A stretch of DNA of 40,733 nt from a virus. Taxonomy: Duplodnaviria; Heunggongvirae; Uroviricota; Caudoviricetes. The stretch lies in the IMG/VR virus record IMGVR_UViG_3300045988_138709; one strand, 5' to 3'. A model generated the notes under the pieces. The model worked only from the letters and a program-made list of their open reading frames with translations, was not told the DNA's origin and ran no database searches. Made by a program: the position numbers and the translations under genes. The first letter of the stretch is position 1, and each line of letters starts with the position of its first letter. Of this stretch, positions 1-8,331 are shown in pieces.

Positions 1-114
1 ATAAAACCGGGTGATGCAAAAGTAGCCATTTGATTCACAAGGCCATTGACGCATCGCCCGGTTAGTTTTAACCTTGTCCACCGTGATTCACGTTCGTGAA
101 CATGTCCTTTCAGG

Positions 115-190
115 GCCGATATAGCTCAGTTGGTAGAGCAGCGCATTCGTAATGCGAAGGTCGTAGGTTCGACTCCTATTATCGGCACCA
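115..190 (+). tRNA. thrW: tRNA-Thr (anticodon CGU), 76 nt, ends in CCA
   Basis: Seen in sequence: GCCGATATAGCTCAG...anticodon loop TTCGTAA...GGTTCGACTCC T-arm...CACCA; cloverleaf folds by eye. thrW identity is from recall, not a search. Confidence 0.85.
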
Positions 191-204
191 TTTAAATCAA
201 TAAG

Positions 205-1368
205 TTACACATCATTAGTACCTTCCTTATTTTTTGACTGGGACAAATTTGGGACCGATGGGTTCAGGATCGAGTCTATTTGCCGTGCGTGTTCGGTAAG
301 GTGATTAGGTGCAAGGTGAGCATATCGACGAACCATTTCGATAGACTCCCAGCCTCCCATTTCCTGTAACACTGACAACGGGACTCCGGCTTGAACCAGC
401 CAACTTGCCCAGGTGTGTCTCAAGTCGTGAAATCTGAAATCATCAATACCAGCCCGTCTCAGCGCCGCTTTCCAGGCTGTGTTTGCGTCATACCGCATCT
501 TCCTGACTGTTGGCGCTTTCGTTCCGTCTGGTTTGGTACAGCTTTCCTTGTACACAAATACCCAACGGTGATGATTCCCGATTTGTTTTTTCAATACGCG
601 ACATGCAGTATCATTCAGCGCAACGCCAATTGCGCGGTTTGATTTACTCTCTTCCGGGTTTATCCATGCCACCCGGCGCTGCATATCTATTTGTTGCCAT
701 TCAAGGTTGATGATGTTCGAGCGTCTTAGGCCTGTTGCCAGTGCAAATTCAACAACAGACTTTAATGGCTCCGGACATTCATCAATCAGCCTTTGTGCTT
801 CATGGGGCTCCAGCCAGCGGATCCGTTTATTCTTTGGTTGGGGCACTTTAATAATTGGTGCCTTATCCAGCATTTTCCATTCACGCTCTGCGGCTCTTAG
901 TAGGGCCTTTATAAATGAAAGATGCGTAGCCTTCGTTGCAACGGACGCTGGTTTTGGCGTGTATTCTGGAACAGGTTTCCCTTTTTTTCTGCATGCTTCT
1001 GCCCTGAGTTTCCAGTTTTCCTCATGACGCCGGTTCGTCATTTTCTGCATTGCTGAATAAATTTTTGATTCAGTAATGTCTCTTAGTTGCATTCCTGCGA
1101 AATGTTGAAGCCAGAATCCGATCCGGCTTTTGTCATCGTCCAGTGATTTTTTATGTGCTTTCTCTTCAAGCCACCTGACACACGCTTCCTCGAACGTTAT
1201 ATCAGGTATTTCACCAAGTTTGCTGACCCGCCATGCTTCAGCCTTTAGCTTGTCATGGAGTTCTGTCGCCTGCCTTTTGTCCTTTGTTCCAAGAGACTGT
1301 TTAAATCTTTTACCGTTCGGCAATGTGAAACTGGCGTACCATATTTCACCTCTGCGGAAGAGTGACAT
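205..1368 (-). CDS. int: Tyrosine-type phage integrase
   Basis: 387 aa; C-terminal catalytic motifs [10 protein letters not shown]...[15 protein letters not shown]; N-terminus [14 protein letters not shown] typical of tRNA-targeting prophage integrases; adjacent to tRNA. Confidence 0.9.
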   Translation of the reverse strand: MSLFRRGEIWYASFTLPNGKRFKQSLGTKDKRQATELHDKLKAEAWRVSKLGEIPDITFEEACVRWLEEKAHKKSLDDDKSRIGFWLQHFAGMQLRDITESKIYSAMQKMTNRRHEENWKLRAEACRKKGKPVPEYTPKPASVATKATHLSFIKALLRAAEREWKMLDKAPIIKVPQPKNKRIRWLEPHEAQRLIDECPEPLKSVVEFALATGLRRSNIINLEWQQIDMQRRVAWINPEESKSNRAIGVALNDTACRVLKKQIGNHHRWVFVYKESCTKPDGTKAPTVRKMRYDANTAWKAALRRAGIDDFRFHDLRHTWASWLVQAGVPLSVLQEMGGWESIEMVRRYAHLAPNHLTEHARQIDSILNPSVPNLSQSKNKEGTNDV

Positions 1369-1595
1369 TTTCTTTCCTCTGTTATGCCATCACCCGCGCT
1401 CACCTGGACAGTATGCAGCGGAGACTGAAGAGCCGCAATGCAGGCTTGTCGTGTTGTGAGGTAAGGAGATTTATTCTTAGTGGGATCTTTGCGTGTTGCC
1501 TGAAGACGCCCTGTGCGTATCCAGTTAATGGCAGTCGGTCTGGATATCTTGAGAAAATGACAGGCCTCATCGAGTGTGAGGCTGTATGGCTCCAT
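1245..1595 (-). CDS. xis: Excisionase-like HTH protein (AlpA/Xis-type)
   Basis: Internal start [31 protein letters not shown] gives a short HTH typical of excisionases; its ATG overlaps the upstream stop (TAATG); 3' end overlaps int in another frame as in lambda xis/int. Exact extent uncertain. Confidence 0.55.
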   Translation of the reverse strand: MEPYSLTLDEACHFLKISRPTAINWIRTGRLQATRKDPTKNKSPYLTTRQACIAALQSPLHTVQVSAGDGITEERKCHSSAEVKYGTPVSHCRTVKDLNSLLEQRTKGRRQNSMTS

Positions 1596-1900
1596 TATTT
1601 CACCTCTTGCTGTGACATTGTTGAAAAATGGATACCAGCTCGTTGCTGCCAGACGATCCAACCGAGAGTCATATCCCATGCCATGTATTCGTTATCGCCG
1701 TTTTTTGCTCTCCGACGATCTACTAAGTCACCGAAACGCTTTTCCATGAATAATTCATAAGCTTCGCGTTCATCTGGTTCTACTTCCAGAGATAGGAGTG
1801 CGATTTCATAAGCACGGCGCTCAATATCGTCTCGCACGTCAAGGCTGCTGATACGCTCTTTAATTTCTTTAATCAGTTCTTTGTCGGTAAAAGTGGTCAT
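1595..1900 (-). CDS. Hypothetical small acidic phage protein
   Basis: 101-aa ORF, translationally coupled on both sides (1-nt stop/start overlaps). No recognisable motif. Confidence 0.5.
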   Translation of the reverse strand: MTTFTDKELIKEIKERISSLDVRDDIERRAYEIALLSLEVEPDEREAYELFMEKRFGDLVDRRRAKNGDNEYMAWDMTLGWIVWQQRAGIHFSTMSQQEVK

Positions 1901-2262
1901 TATGCTCCAGCCTCCGGTGCTTTTGGCATTACTGCCCAGTGAGTGATATTGACGTTTTCAAGGTCCCCGACCTGAAATGTCCACTGCCATTCTCCGGTTT
2001 CTTTTTGTCCCCAGGTGTACCAGAGAGAACGCCAGCCAATTAGCCAGCCTTCTCCGTTAGCATCGAATAACAAAACACTTTCATTTGCTGGTGGCAGTTC
2101 AGTTGACACTGGTATTACTTTGTTTTCCTGTGCTGCATATTTAGCTTCAAGCGCATCGAATTTACGCACCAGGTATTCAGCATCTGTTTCATTTACTTTC
2201 AGATCTCGCGGTACACATCTCCCACGAAGAAACCCTTCCATTTCGAAAACATTCATGCGCAT
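1900..2262 (-). CDS. Hypothetical phage protein
   Basis: 120-aa ORF in same-strand operon, overlaps neighbours by a few nt. No motif recognised. Confidence 0.5.
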   Translation of the reverse strand: MRMNVFEMEGFLRGRCVPRDLKVNETDAEYLVRKFDALEAKYAAQENKVIPVSTELPPANESVLLFDANGEGWLIGWRSLWYTWGQKETGEWQWTFQVGDLENVNITHWAVMPKAPEAGA

Positions 2263-2789
2263 TTGCGTAACTCCGATAACTCGTTAAAGCGTTCCATAAA
2301 CATCCCGTAGGCATGGCCCGGTGCCAGTGGAATCACGTTGAACATCTCTGTTGCCGGGATACCTTCCAGTACAGGCCAGAAAGAGCCATCATCAAGCCCG
2401 AGATCGCGGCGTTCGGTTGCCAGCATGATGAGATCGGCATATTTCACGGGCGTACTCATAACTGGAGGTAACCCGTATTTCTCACGGATTACGGCGTCTA
2501 TTTTTTCTTCCATTTGTTTATAGTCAGGAAGAAGGCGTTTCAGTGGTGCGGGAATGTCCTGGCAATACGCTTCTGTTGCATCATGCATTAACGCTTCAAA
2601 AGCAAATTCCTGCGGCACCAGCTGGCTGCAAAGAACCGCATGTTGGGCGACGCTGTAGAAGTGCGAAAGATGACCGGCAAAGCGACAGATATTTGAAAGG
2701 GAAACCGCGATATCGTTAATATCGATGTCGTCTTTATTTATCCTGTCATAATAAAAATGCTTCCCGGAAAAAGTTTTAATAAATGACAT
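2253..2789 (-). CDS. HD-domain phosphohydrolase (YfdR-like 5'-deoxynucleotidase family)
   Basis: HD signature ...SVAQHAV...ALMHDATEAY...; start moved to internal ATG (MSFIKTF...) from the longer ORF 2253..2816. Similarity to E. coli CPS-53 YfdR is from recall. Confidence 0.75.
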   Translation of the reverse strand: MSFIKTFSGKHFYYDRINKDDIDINDIAVSLSNICRFAGHLSHFYSVAQHAVLCSQLVPQEFAFEALMHDATEAYCQDIPAPLKRLLPDYKQMEEKIDAVIREKYGLPPVMSTPVKYADLIMLATERRDLGLDDGSFWPVLEGIPATEMFNVIPLAPGHAYGMFMERFNELSELRKCA

Positions 2790-2916
2790 TTTGTTCTCCA
2801 CGTATATGCGCTGCACCGCGCTGAATTCTGGTAAAAAGAATCCCTCACCATCCGGCGATTATTGAGTAAATTACGTTTCCATAAATGCCCCCGCAGGGGC
2901 ATTTGCAGTAATGAAA

Positions 2917-3741
2917 TCAGGCGGTGAAAGTACCAATAAAGGTTTCTACTTTGCTGTCCTTGAATTTCTCAACAAGCAGATCACGAAATTCGTTAGCCAT
3001 TTCTTCCTGCACCGCCTCCAGCTGAATAATGCGCAGAACCAGTACAGGACGATCGCCAGTGATAATACTGAGGCGTAATTTAAACGGACGTTCTTTCAGA
3101 CCTTCAAACGGAACGCATTTAAATTCAAATGCCACTGGCATAATGTCTTTGGTCTTCGCTTCGACAGACTCCATCAGGGAGCGTTTGCCGCTGAAGTCAT
3201 TATCTTCAAAATCAGCGGTCTGGTTTGCTTCAATCGTGATTTTACGGACAGCCGCAGCCGCTTTTGTTGCCTGAATAGCGTCACCATTAGCATCAAAGCC
3301 CACAAGATAGTCGGCCCAGTCTTCAATCCATTCTGCCAGTGACTTCTGGGAGTTACGCTCGCCGTTAACAGACAACAGAGCAGAGAACGGTGCTGTCTTT
3401 TTCAGTTTGAGTGTGGCGGTGTTATCTGCGTGACCTGGTTCATCAATAGTACCCAGGTTAAGCACACTGACGGCACGCATATTATCAGCATCGATAAAGC
3501 AGCGGGTGCCTTCATCTGCAAGATCTTTAGAATAACGGGTAAAGTCATCGATGCTGGCAGTGGAAAGCGCACCACGGAAACGGAAGCGATTTAAATTAAA
3601 TTTTTCCAGATCATGAATGCGGAAATTCTCAGGCAATGCCACAGCATCGGCACCAATCTTACTGATAATTTCATTAACACCCTGAGCAGAAATAAGGGCA
3701 TGGATTTGATTAATTGCGGTTGCGTCTAAGTTCTGAGACAT
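2917..3741 (-). CDS. DUF2303 / YfdQ-like prophage protein
   Basis: 274-aa ORF with GAGGA RBS ahead of ATG; resemblance to CPS-53 YfdQ from recall; function unknown. Confidence 0.7.
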   Translation of the reverse strand: MSQNLDATAINQIHALISAQGVNEIISKIGADAVALPENFRIHDLEKFNLNRFRFRGALSTASIDDFTRYSKDLADEGTRCFIDADNMRAVSVLNLGTIDEPGHADNTATLKLKKTAPFSALLSVNGERNSQKSLAEWIEDWADYLVGFDANGDAIQATKAAAAVRKITIEANQTADFEDNDFSGKRSLMESVEAKTKDIMPVAFEFKCVPFEGLKERPFKLRLSIITGDRPVLVLRIIQLEAVQEEMANEFRDLLVEKFKDSKVETFIGTFTA

Positions 3742-3806
3742 AATAAGTCCTCACTATATAAAGATATTCAGTGATGAGATAAATAATCAGTTAATTAAAA
3801 ACGATA

Positions 3807-4169
3807 TTAACGACCTGCTGCGCGGAGTTTTCCGTCAGGTTCACCGGCAAGAGTCAGTAACTGTCCCTGGTCTTCCTGCAGAATAGTCAGGCGACCACCG
3901 CGATTGACATACATCGGCGTTTCGGTGGTGTCTTCTTCGGAAATTTTCCCGCGGTTAGTCGGGCGAACATATGAGAGTTTGTGTTTGATTTTCACTCGGT
4001 TCTCATCAAACGGTTCGATTTCCAGGTTGAGCGAGACCTTACCTTTGGTTTTCGTGTTCATCACACCGGAAGCGACTTCACTGAGAACTGCGCCGATTTT
4101 GGTTTCAAATACGCCGCCGTCCAGCTCCCCGATAAATGCCTGCACATCAGTACTGCGTTCGCTAGCCAT
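3807..4169 (-). CDS. YfdP-like small prophage protein
   Basis: Internal start MASERSTDVQAF... (aa 107 of ORF 3807..4487). The N-terminal extension of the long ORF runs through a hairpin-rich non-coding block and is rejected. Confidence 0.6.
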   Translation of the reverse strand: MASERSTDVQAFIGELDGGVFETKIGAVLSEVASGVMNTKTKGKVSLNLEIEPFDENRVKIKHKLSYVRPTNRGKISEEDTTETPMYVNRGGRLTILQEDQGQLLTLAGEPDGKLRAAGR

Positions 4170-4209
4170 TTTGCTGCTCCTCATCATATCGACCCTGCAA
4201 GGTCGGTTA

Positions 4210-4355
4210 GTTTCTCCACAAAACAGAGAAGAACACCTGCGGTGACTGCCGCCCGGATGGATTGGGTTATGAGCCCGTCGTCCGGTGATGCTCTTCTCTG
4301 TTTTGTAAAAAGGACGGTACCAGCCGGAAGCAAGGGTACAAGCTGGTACCGCCAA
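4210..4355. other. Structured non-coding block: nested long inverted repeats
   Basis: ~17-bp inverted repeat ACAAAACAGAGAAGAAC / GCTCTTCTCTGTTTTGT (about 4219-4235 and 4291-4307) and a perfect 9-bp stem GGTACCAGC/GCTGGTACC (about 4317-4351). Overlapping low-quality ORFs on both strands. Confidence 0.4.
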
Positions 4356-4637
4356 GACTACACACAGCATAAAGTTGTGGTGCCGGGTGCCTCCCGGTGC
4401 CTGGCGAAGGTTGCACACCAGGCGGGTGGGTATCCACAGAAGGTCGACTGTCAGCCTCAACCTTAACCCGCGTGCGCTGAGCCGCATTCACCACAACGCT
4501 AAGGATTCTCTCTGGTTGAAAATACTTAGCTGTTATGTGCCTGCTTTTAGCCACATCAGGCGAGGTGGACCTAGTTATTCCCCAACAACAAGGATTCGGT
4601 TAATCTGGTTATCCCCAACAACGCAAAAGGAAAAGAA

Positions 4638-5072
4638 ATGTCCGGTAATATCTATACGCTGTACAAATCCCACTGTGAAAATGTTGGAAAGTATCGGGGC
4701 ATTGAAATCAGTGGGGTAGTGTCATCAGTCGAAATAAGCAAAGTTGAATCAAGGGCAACATTACTTACTCTTTTGGACCTTGTCTTACATGAGCACCGGA
4801 AGAAATTCGGCACTCCCTATAATCAGTTGAATGGGAAAAAGGCTCTGGTTCACCTTATTCTGATGAAGCATCACTGGATGCCAAAACAGATTAATGAGAT
4901 GAAATTTGATGAACTTCTTCTTTCAATTCAGGATGAACTCACACTTGATAAAATAAGCGTAACCGCCCAGAAATTTTTAGATTATCGAGACTGGAGATCA
5001 CAAATTCATCACTTTGATGATTTTGACGAAAATGAATGGGATCCTAATTTGTCTGCACAATATCTAAAGTAA
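4638..5072 (+). CDS. Hypothetical protein encoded antisense to the early-left operon
   Basis: 144-aa ORF with ATG and AAAGGA RBS; AT-rich; no motif recognised. Confidence 0.5.
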   Translation: MSGNIYTLYKSHCENVGKYRGIEISGVVSSVEISKVESRATLLTLLDLVLHEHRKKFGTPYNQLNGKKALVHLILMKHHWMPKQINEMKFDELLLSIQDELTLDKISVTAQKFLDYRDWRSQIHHFDDFDENEWDPNLSAQYLK

Positions 5073-5250
5073 CATCCTGTGATAAAACCGTGATTTCCTG
5101 ATCCAGTTTTTTTAAGGAGTCTATTGTTTCCTGTCGATAAGACAGCACTTCACGAAGCTGGTTTATAGCTGCCAGCTTCTTTGTCATCCACTCATAAATT
5201 TCCTCATCTGTGTAGCCAGGCGCGACGATTTTGGGTTCTGTTTTGTGCAT
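5044..5250 (-). CDS. Small hypothetical protein (first gene of leftward early transcript?)
   Basis: ORF 5044..5265, start placed at internal ATG (MHKTEPK...). 3' end overlaps the convergent 4638..5072 gene. Weak. Confidence 0.35.
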   Translation of the reverse strand: MHKTEPKIVAPGYTDEEIYEWMTKKLAAINQLREVLSYRQETIDSLKKLDQEITVLSQDVTLDIVQTN

Positions 5251-5310
5251 TTCACATCTCCTCAAGTTATCAGTTACTTGTTGATGGGGACCAGATTGTT
5301 AAAGAGCTAA

Positions 5311-5332
5311 GCGTCCTGTAGGGCGCTTTTTT
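5311..5332 (+). terminator. Putative intrinsic terminator (hairpin plus T6)
   Basis: GCGTCC-TGTA-GGGCGC followed by TTTTTT, read by eye. Confidence 0.35.
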
Positions 5333-5409
5333 GTTGCTAACGAATCATCCTGGACTTCATATGCCCCAGGCGGCTACTTCGTGGGCGTCCTGCCTGTTCG
5401 TTGTTTCTC

Positions 5410-5446
5410 TTGGGTACATTACGTATCTCAAAGGTACATTGTCAAG
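5410..5446 (-). promoter_or_regulatory. Putative OL/pL: two GGTACATT repeats and a TTGACA -35 on the minus strand
   Basis: GGTACATT at about 5413-5420 and 5433-5440 (20-bp spacing); minus-strand TTGACA at 5445..5440; -10 is weak. Position just outside the repressor terminator matches a lambdoid pL. Confidence 0.4.
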
Positions 5447-5471
5447 TATAAAAAAACCTGCCGAAGCAGGT
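5447..5471 (-). terminator. Intrinsic terminator downstream of the repressor gene
   Basis: Minus-strand ACCTGC-TTCG-GCAGGT followed by a T7 run, immediately after the repressor stop. Confidence 0.55.
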
Positions 5472-5484
5472 TCATAAACATTGA

Positions 5485-6159
5485 TTAGGCTTTGATTTTG
5501 TATCTTCTTGGTTTTCCTGAGAAAATCACTGTACCAATTATAGAGCAATTACCGTTGATCTTAATGTAAGGCTCAGGCCAGTTTGGGTTTAACGCTTTGA
5601 GATAACGCTGTGTCCCATCTTCTATTAACCTTTTGAAGGTGGTTTCACCTGTATCGTGCATCAATGCAATAACGTCGTCACCGTGGCAGGCAGGTACTTC
5701 AGGATCGACAAAAATCATGTCTCCCGGGCGGTACTCATCAATCATTGAATCACCTATCACCCGCAAGATATAAGTCATTTCCCCACAGGGTACAGGGCAG
5801 GGATACGTTTCTGCTGTGCTCAAATCAACCTCAGAATATCCAACTTCTTTCCATGCTCCGGCCTGTACCCATGATATGACAGGGACTAATGTGATTTGTT
5901 TATTAGTGATTGAAACATCAGGTTTTTTTGTGATGTTCGTTGTCTGGTGTTCTTGATCGAGCCATCCGACAGGTAGGTCGAAACATTTTTCGATGTGTCG
6001 TGCCATGCTGTCACCGATATTTTTAGTAGCACCATCTCCCATAAACCTGCTGGTCTGGGTTGGCTCGCGATCAATCATAGTGGCAAAGGAAGAATTCCCG
6101 CCAACACCATCTCTCAGTTTTCTGGCGTTAGACCGCCGGATGTCATGGATTGTTTTCAT
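5485..6159 (-). CDS. cI: CI-like phage repressor (N-terminal HTH plus C-terminal S24 LexA-like peptidase domain)
   Basis: 224 aa; C-terminal autocleavage-domain motifs (...VISWVQAGAW..., GDSM, ...TFKRL...); divergent from the Cro-like gene; no obvious SD ahead of its ATG. Confidence 0.85.
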   Translation of the reverse strand: MKTIHDIRRSNARKLRDGVGGNSSFATMIDREPTQTSRFMGDGATKNIGDSMARHIEKCFDLPVGWLDQEHQTTNITKKPDVSITNKQITLVPVISWVQAGAWKEVGYSEVDLSTAETYPCPVPCGEMTYILRVIGDSMIDEYRPGDMIFVDPEVPACHGDDVIALMHDTGETTFKRLIEDGTQRYLKALNPNWPEPYIKINGNCSIIGTVIFSGKPRRYKIKA

Positions 6160-6169
6160 AACGAAATTA

Positions 6170-6249
6170 AAACCCTTGTACCGTTAAGGTACAAGTATCT
6201 TGAAGGTTCATTTCAATCATGTAATATGTACACCGGAGGTACATATTGT
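6170..6249. promoter_or_regulatory. OR region: two palindromic operators plus pR (TTGAAG-16-TAATAT)
   Basis: Palindromes CTTGTACC-N5-GGTACAAG (about 6175-6195) and ATATGTAC-N7-GTACATAT (about 6224-6246, overlapping the -10 at 6222-6227); -35 TTGAAG at about 6200-6205. Confidence 0.55.
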
Positions 6250-6450
6250 ATGAAAGCGTATTGGGACTCTTTAACCAAAGAACAGCAGGGCGAGTTGGCC
6301 GGAAAAGTTGGCTCAACACCTGGCTACTTACGGCTGGTTTTCAATGGCTATAAAAAAGCCAGTTTTGTGCTGGCTAAAAAACTTGAGCAATGCACGTCAG
6401 GTGCAATTACGAAATCTGACTTAAGACCGGATATCTATCCGAAAGATTAG
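6250..6450 (+). CDS. cro: Cro-like HTH regulator
   Basis: 66-aa protein from internal ATG (MKAYWDSLTKEQQGELAGKVGSTPGYLRLVFNG...) of ORF 5995..6450; sits directly behind pR/operator, divergent from the repressor. Confidence 0.7.
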   Translation: MKAYWDSLTKEQQGELAGKVGSTPGYLRLVFNGYKKASFVLAKKLEQCTSGAITKSDLRPDIYPKD

Positions 6451-6481
6451 CAGAACACTTTCAATTTTTAACCACAGAACG

Positions 6482-7045
6482 ATGAGGCTAATCGTGGGTA
6501 AGCATCACTGGAAAATAGAAAAACAGCCTGAGTGGTACGTGAAAGCTGTCAGAAAAACTATCGCGGCGTTGCCGGGGGGTTACGCTGAAGCGGCTGACTG
6601 GCTCGATGTAACAGAAAACGCTTTATTCAACCGCCTTCGTGCAGATGGCGATCAGATTTTCCCGCTGGGATGGGCAATGGTTTTACAGCGTGCTGGTGGC
6701 ACTCACTTCATTGCTGATGCTGTGGCGCAGTCTGCAAATGGCGTCTTTGTGTCTCTTCCTGACGTCGAGGATGTGGACAACGCCGATATTAACCAGCGTC
6801 TGCTGGAAGTCATTGAACAGATCGGCAGTTATTCAAAACAGATTCGTTCAGCAATCGAAGACGGTGTAGTGGAACCGCATGAGAAGACAGCAATTAACGA
6901 CGAGCTGTACCTCTCAATTTCGAAGCTGCAGGAGCATGCAGCACTGGTCTACAAAATCTTTTGCGTTTCAGAAAGTAGTGGCGCCCGCGAGTGTGCAGCT
7001 CCGGGCGCCGTGGCGTGTCGTGACTGTGGAGAAACTAACGCATGA
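6482..7045 (+). CDS. Putative CII-like regulatory protein
   Basis: 187-aa ORF in the position of a lambdoid cII; family assignment is a weak recollection (CP76-type CII) without motif proof. Confidence 0.45.
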   Translation: MRLIVGKHHWKIEKQPEWYVKAVRKTIAALPGGYAEAADWLDVTENALFNRLRADGDQIFPLGWAMVLQRAGGTHFIADAVAQSANGVFVSLPDVEDVDNADINQRLLEVIEQIGSYSKQIRSAIEDGVVEPHEKTAINDELYLSISKLQEHAALVYKIFCVSESSGARECAAPGAVACRDCGETNA

Positions 7046-7380
7046 ACAGTTTAACAACACACTACCGTCGCTCGCAACTGATTGCGCTTCCTGTACCGGG
7101 TGGAAAAGCGAAGGTGGAATATTGCTATGCAGTGAATGTACCAGGTGACAGGGAAATTGTAACCCACAGCTTTGCAGAGTGGGCTGTGGGGGATTTCAAC
7201 CGGCAGAAGGAGACAGTCCTTTGCGACAAGTTAACCGCTGGTTCAAAGATCACTACGGAGTGCCCGTCAGAGTCATTCGTTGGGAGCCGGAAACACAACG
7301 GGTTATCTACCTCCGCGAAGGCTATGAGCATGAGTGCTTCAGTCCGCTCGAACAGTTTCGTCGTAAATTCAGGGAAATAG
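7042..7380 (+). CDS. Hypothetical protein; likely frame-disrupted (continues in ORF 7179..7400)
   Basis: ATGA overlap with the upstream gene. The first ~60 aa look protein-like, then a low-complexity Ser-rich tail, while the protein-like sequence continues in the +1-shifted ORF 7179..7400. Confidence 0.4.
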   Translation: MNSLTTHYRRSQLIALPVPGGKAKVEYCYAVNVPGDREIVTHSFAEWAVGDFNRQKETVLCDKLTAGSKITTECPSESFVGSRKHNGLSTSAKAMSMSASVRSNSFVVNSGK

Positions 7381-7389
7381 AGGTCGGTC

Positions 7390-8331
7390 ATGAGCACTAA
7401 ATTAACCGGCTATGTATGGGATGGTTGCGCAGCGTCAGGCATGAAATTATCCAGCGTGGCAATTATGGCCCGCCTGGCTGATTTCAGTAATGACGAAGGT
7501 GTGTGCTGGCCATCAATTGAAACTATTGCCCGTCAGATTGGCGCGGGGATGAGTACCGTCAGGACGGCTATCGCACGGCTGGAAGCAGAAGGCTGGTTAA
7601 CGCGTAAGGCGCGTCGCCAGGGTAACCGCAATGCGTCGAATGTTTATCAGCTTAACGTTGCGAAGCTTCAGGCAGCGGCATTTTCTCAACTGTCAGATTC
7701 TGACCCGTCAAAATCTGACGCATCAAAATCTGACCCGTCAAAATTTGATGCGTCGAAATCTGGCAAAAAAGCGGGTTTTCACCCGTCAGAATCTGGCGGG
7801 GATCCGTCAGTAAAATCAAAACATGATCCGTTAGATAAAAAACCTTCTCGTCCGGACGCTTCGCAACCGGACACGCAGACGGATGAACAGGATTTTTTAA
7901 CTCGCCATCCTGATGCGGTTGTATTCAGCCCTAAAAAGCGCCAGTGGGGAACGCAGGATGATTTGACCTGCGCACAGTGGCTCTGGAAAAAAATCATTGC
8001 CCTGTACGAGCAGGCCGCCGAATGTGACGGCGAGGTGGTTCGTCCCAAAGAACCGAACTGGACAGCATGGGCAAACGAAATTCGCCTGATGTGTGTGCAG
8101 GATGGTCGTACTCACAAACAAATCTGCGAGATGTACAGCCGCGTCAGCCGCGATCCGTTCTGGTGCCGTAACGTGCTCAGCCCGTCGAAGTTGCGGGAAA
8201 AATGGGATGAGCTTTCCCTGCGCTTATCGCCGTCCGTCAGCACGCACACAGAAAAACGTGAAGACCCGTACTTCAAAGCCAGTTACGACAACGTGGACTA
8301 CAGCCAGATCCCGGCAGGATTCAGGGGGTGA
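7390..8331 (+). CDS. Replication initiator (lambda O-like; N-terminal HTH, repetitive linker, C-terminal domain)
   Basis: 313 aa; N-terminal HTH (...SSVAIMARLADFSNDEGVCWPSIETIARQIG...); iteron array inside the gene encodes an SDPSKSD-type linker; position after cro/cII. Confidence 0.8.
   Translation: MSTKLTGYVWDGCAASGMKLSSVAIMARLADFSNDEGVCWPSIETIARQIGAGMSTVRTAIARLEAEGWLTRKARRQGNRNASNVYQLNVAKLQAAAFSQLSDSDPSKSDASKSDPSKFDASKSGKKAGFHPSESGGDPSVKSKHDPLDKKPSRPDASQPDTQTDEQDFLTRHPDAVVFSPKKRQWGTQDDLTCAQWLWKKIIALYEQAAECDGEVVRPKEPNWTAWANEIRLMCVQDGRTHKQICEMYSRVSRDPFWCRNVLSPSKLREKWDELSLRLSPSVSTHTEKREDPYFKASYDNVDYSQIPAGFRG
7691..7797. repeat. Iteron array (5-6 copies of a ~15-bp unit, consensus CCGTCAAAATCTGAC) - candidate origin
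   Basis: Tandem units at about 7691, 7705, 7720, 7735, 7750 and 7783, followed by an A-rich stretch, all inside the O-like gene as for lambda ori. Confidence 0.65.

Noticed and set aside
1-114. Possible promoter for the tRNA gene (TTGACG around 46-51)
   Set aside because: The -10 element and spacing could not be convincingly identified by eye; left unannotated.
391-1760. Plus-strand ORFs antisense to integrase/excisionase (391..642, 510..710, 707..1027, 1130..1459, 1362..1760)
   Set aside because: Shadow ORFs opposite well-supported genes; Ser/Cys-rich odd composition, no RBS.
2883-2904. Perfect 9-bp hairpin (AAATGCCCC-loop-GGGGCATTT) between the DUF2303 and HD-domain genes
   Set aside because: Real as a sequence feature but lacks a clean T-run on the transcribed strand; likely an intercistronic stabiliser or attenuator, not reported as a terminator.
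3807-4487. 226-aa ORF extending the YfdP-like gene far upstream
   Set aside because: The N-terminal 106 codons run through the hairpin-rich block, are Arg/Cys-rich and low-complexity, and a good internal ATG (MASERS...) gives a compact protein; the extension is treated as non-coding.
3904-4719. Overlapping ORFs on both strands (3904..4245, 3981..4466, 4267..4554, 4375..4719)
   Set aside because: Mutually overlapping in several frames, low-complexity translations, located in a GC-rich inverted-repeat region; typical spurious ORFs over structured DNA.
7690-7800. Tandem repeats considered as a possible CRISPR array
   Set aside because: Units are ~15 bp with no spacers of unique sequence and lie inside a replication initiator gene; they are iterons, not CRISPR repeats. 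No CRISPR array or cas genes seen anywhere in the window.
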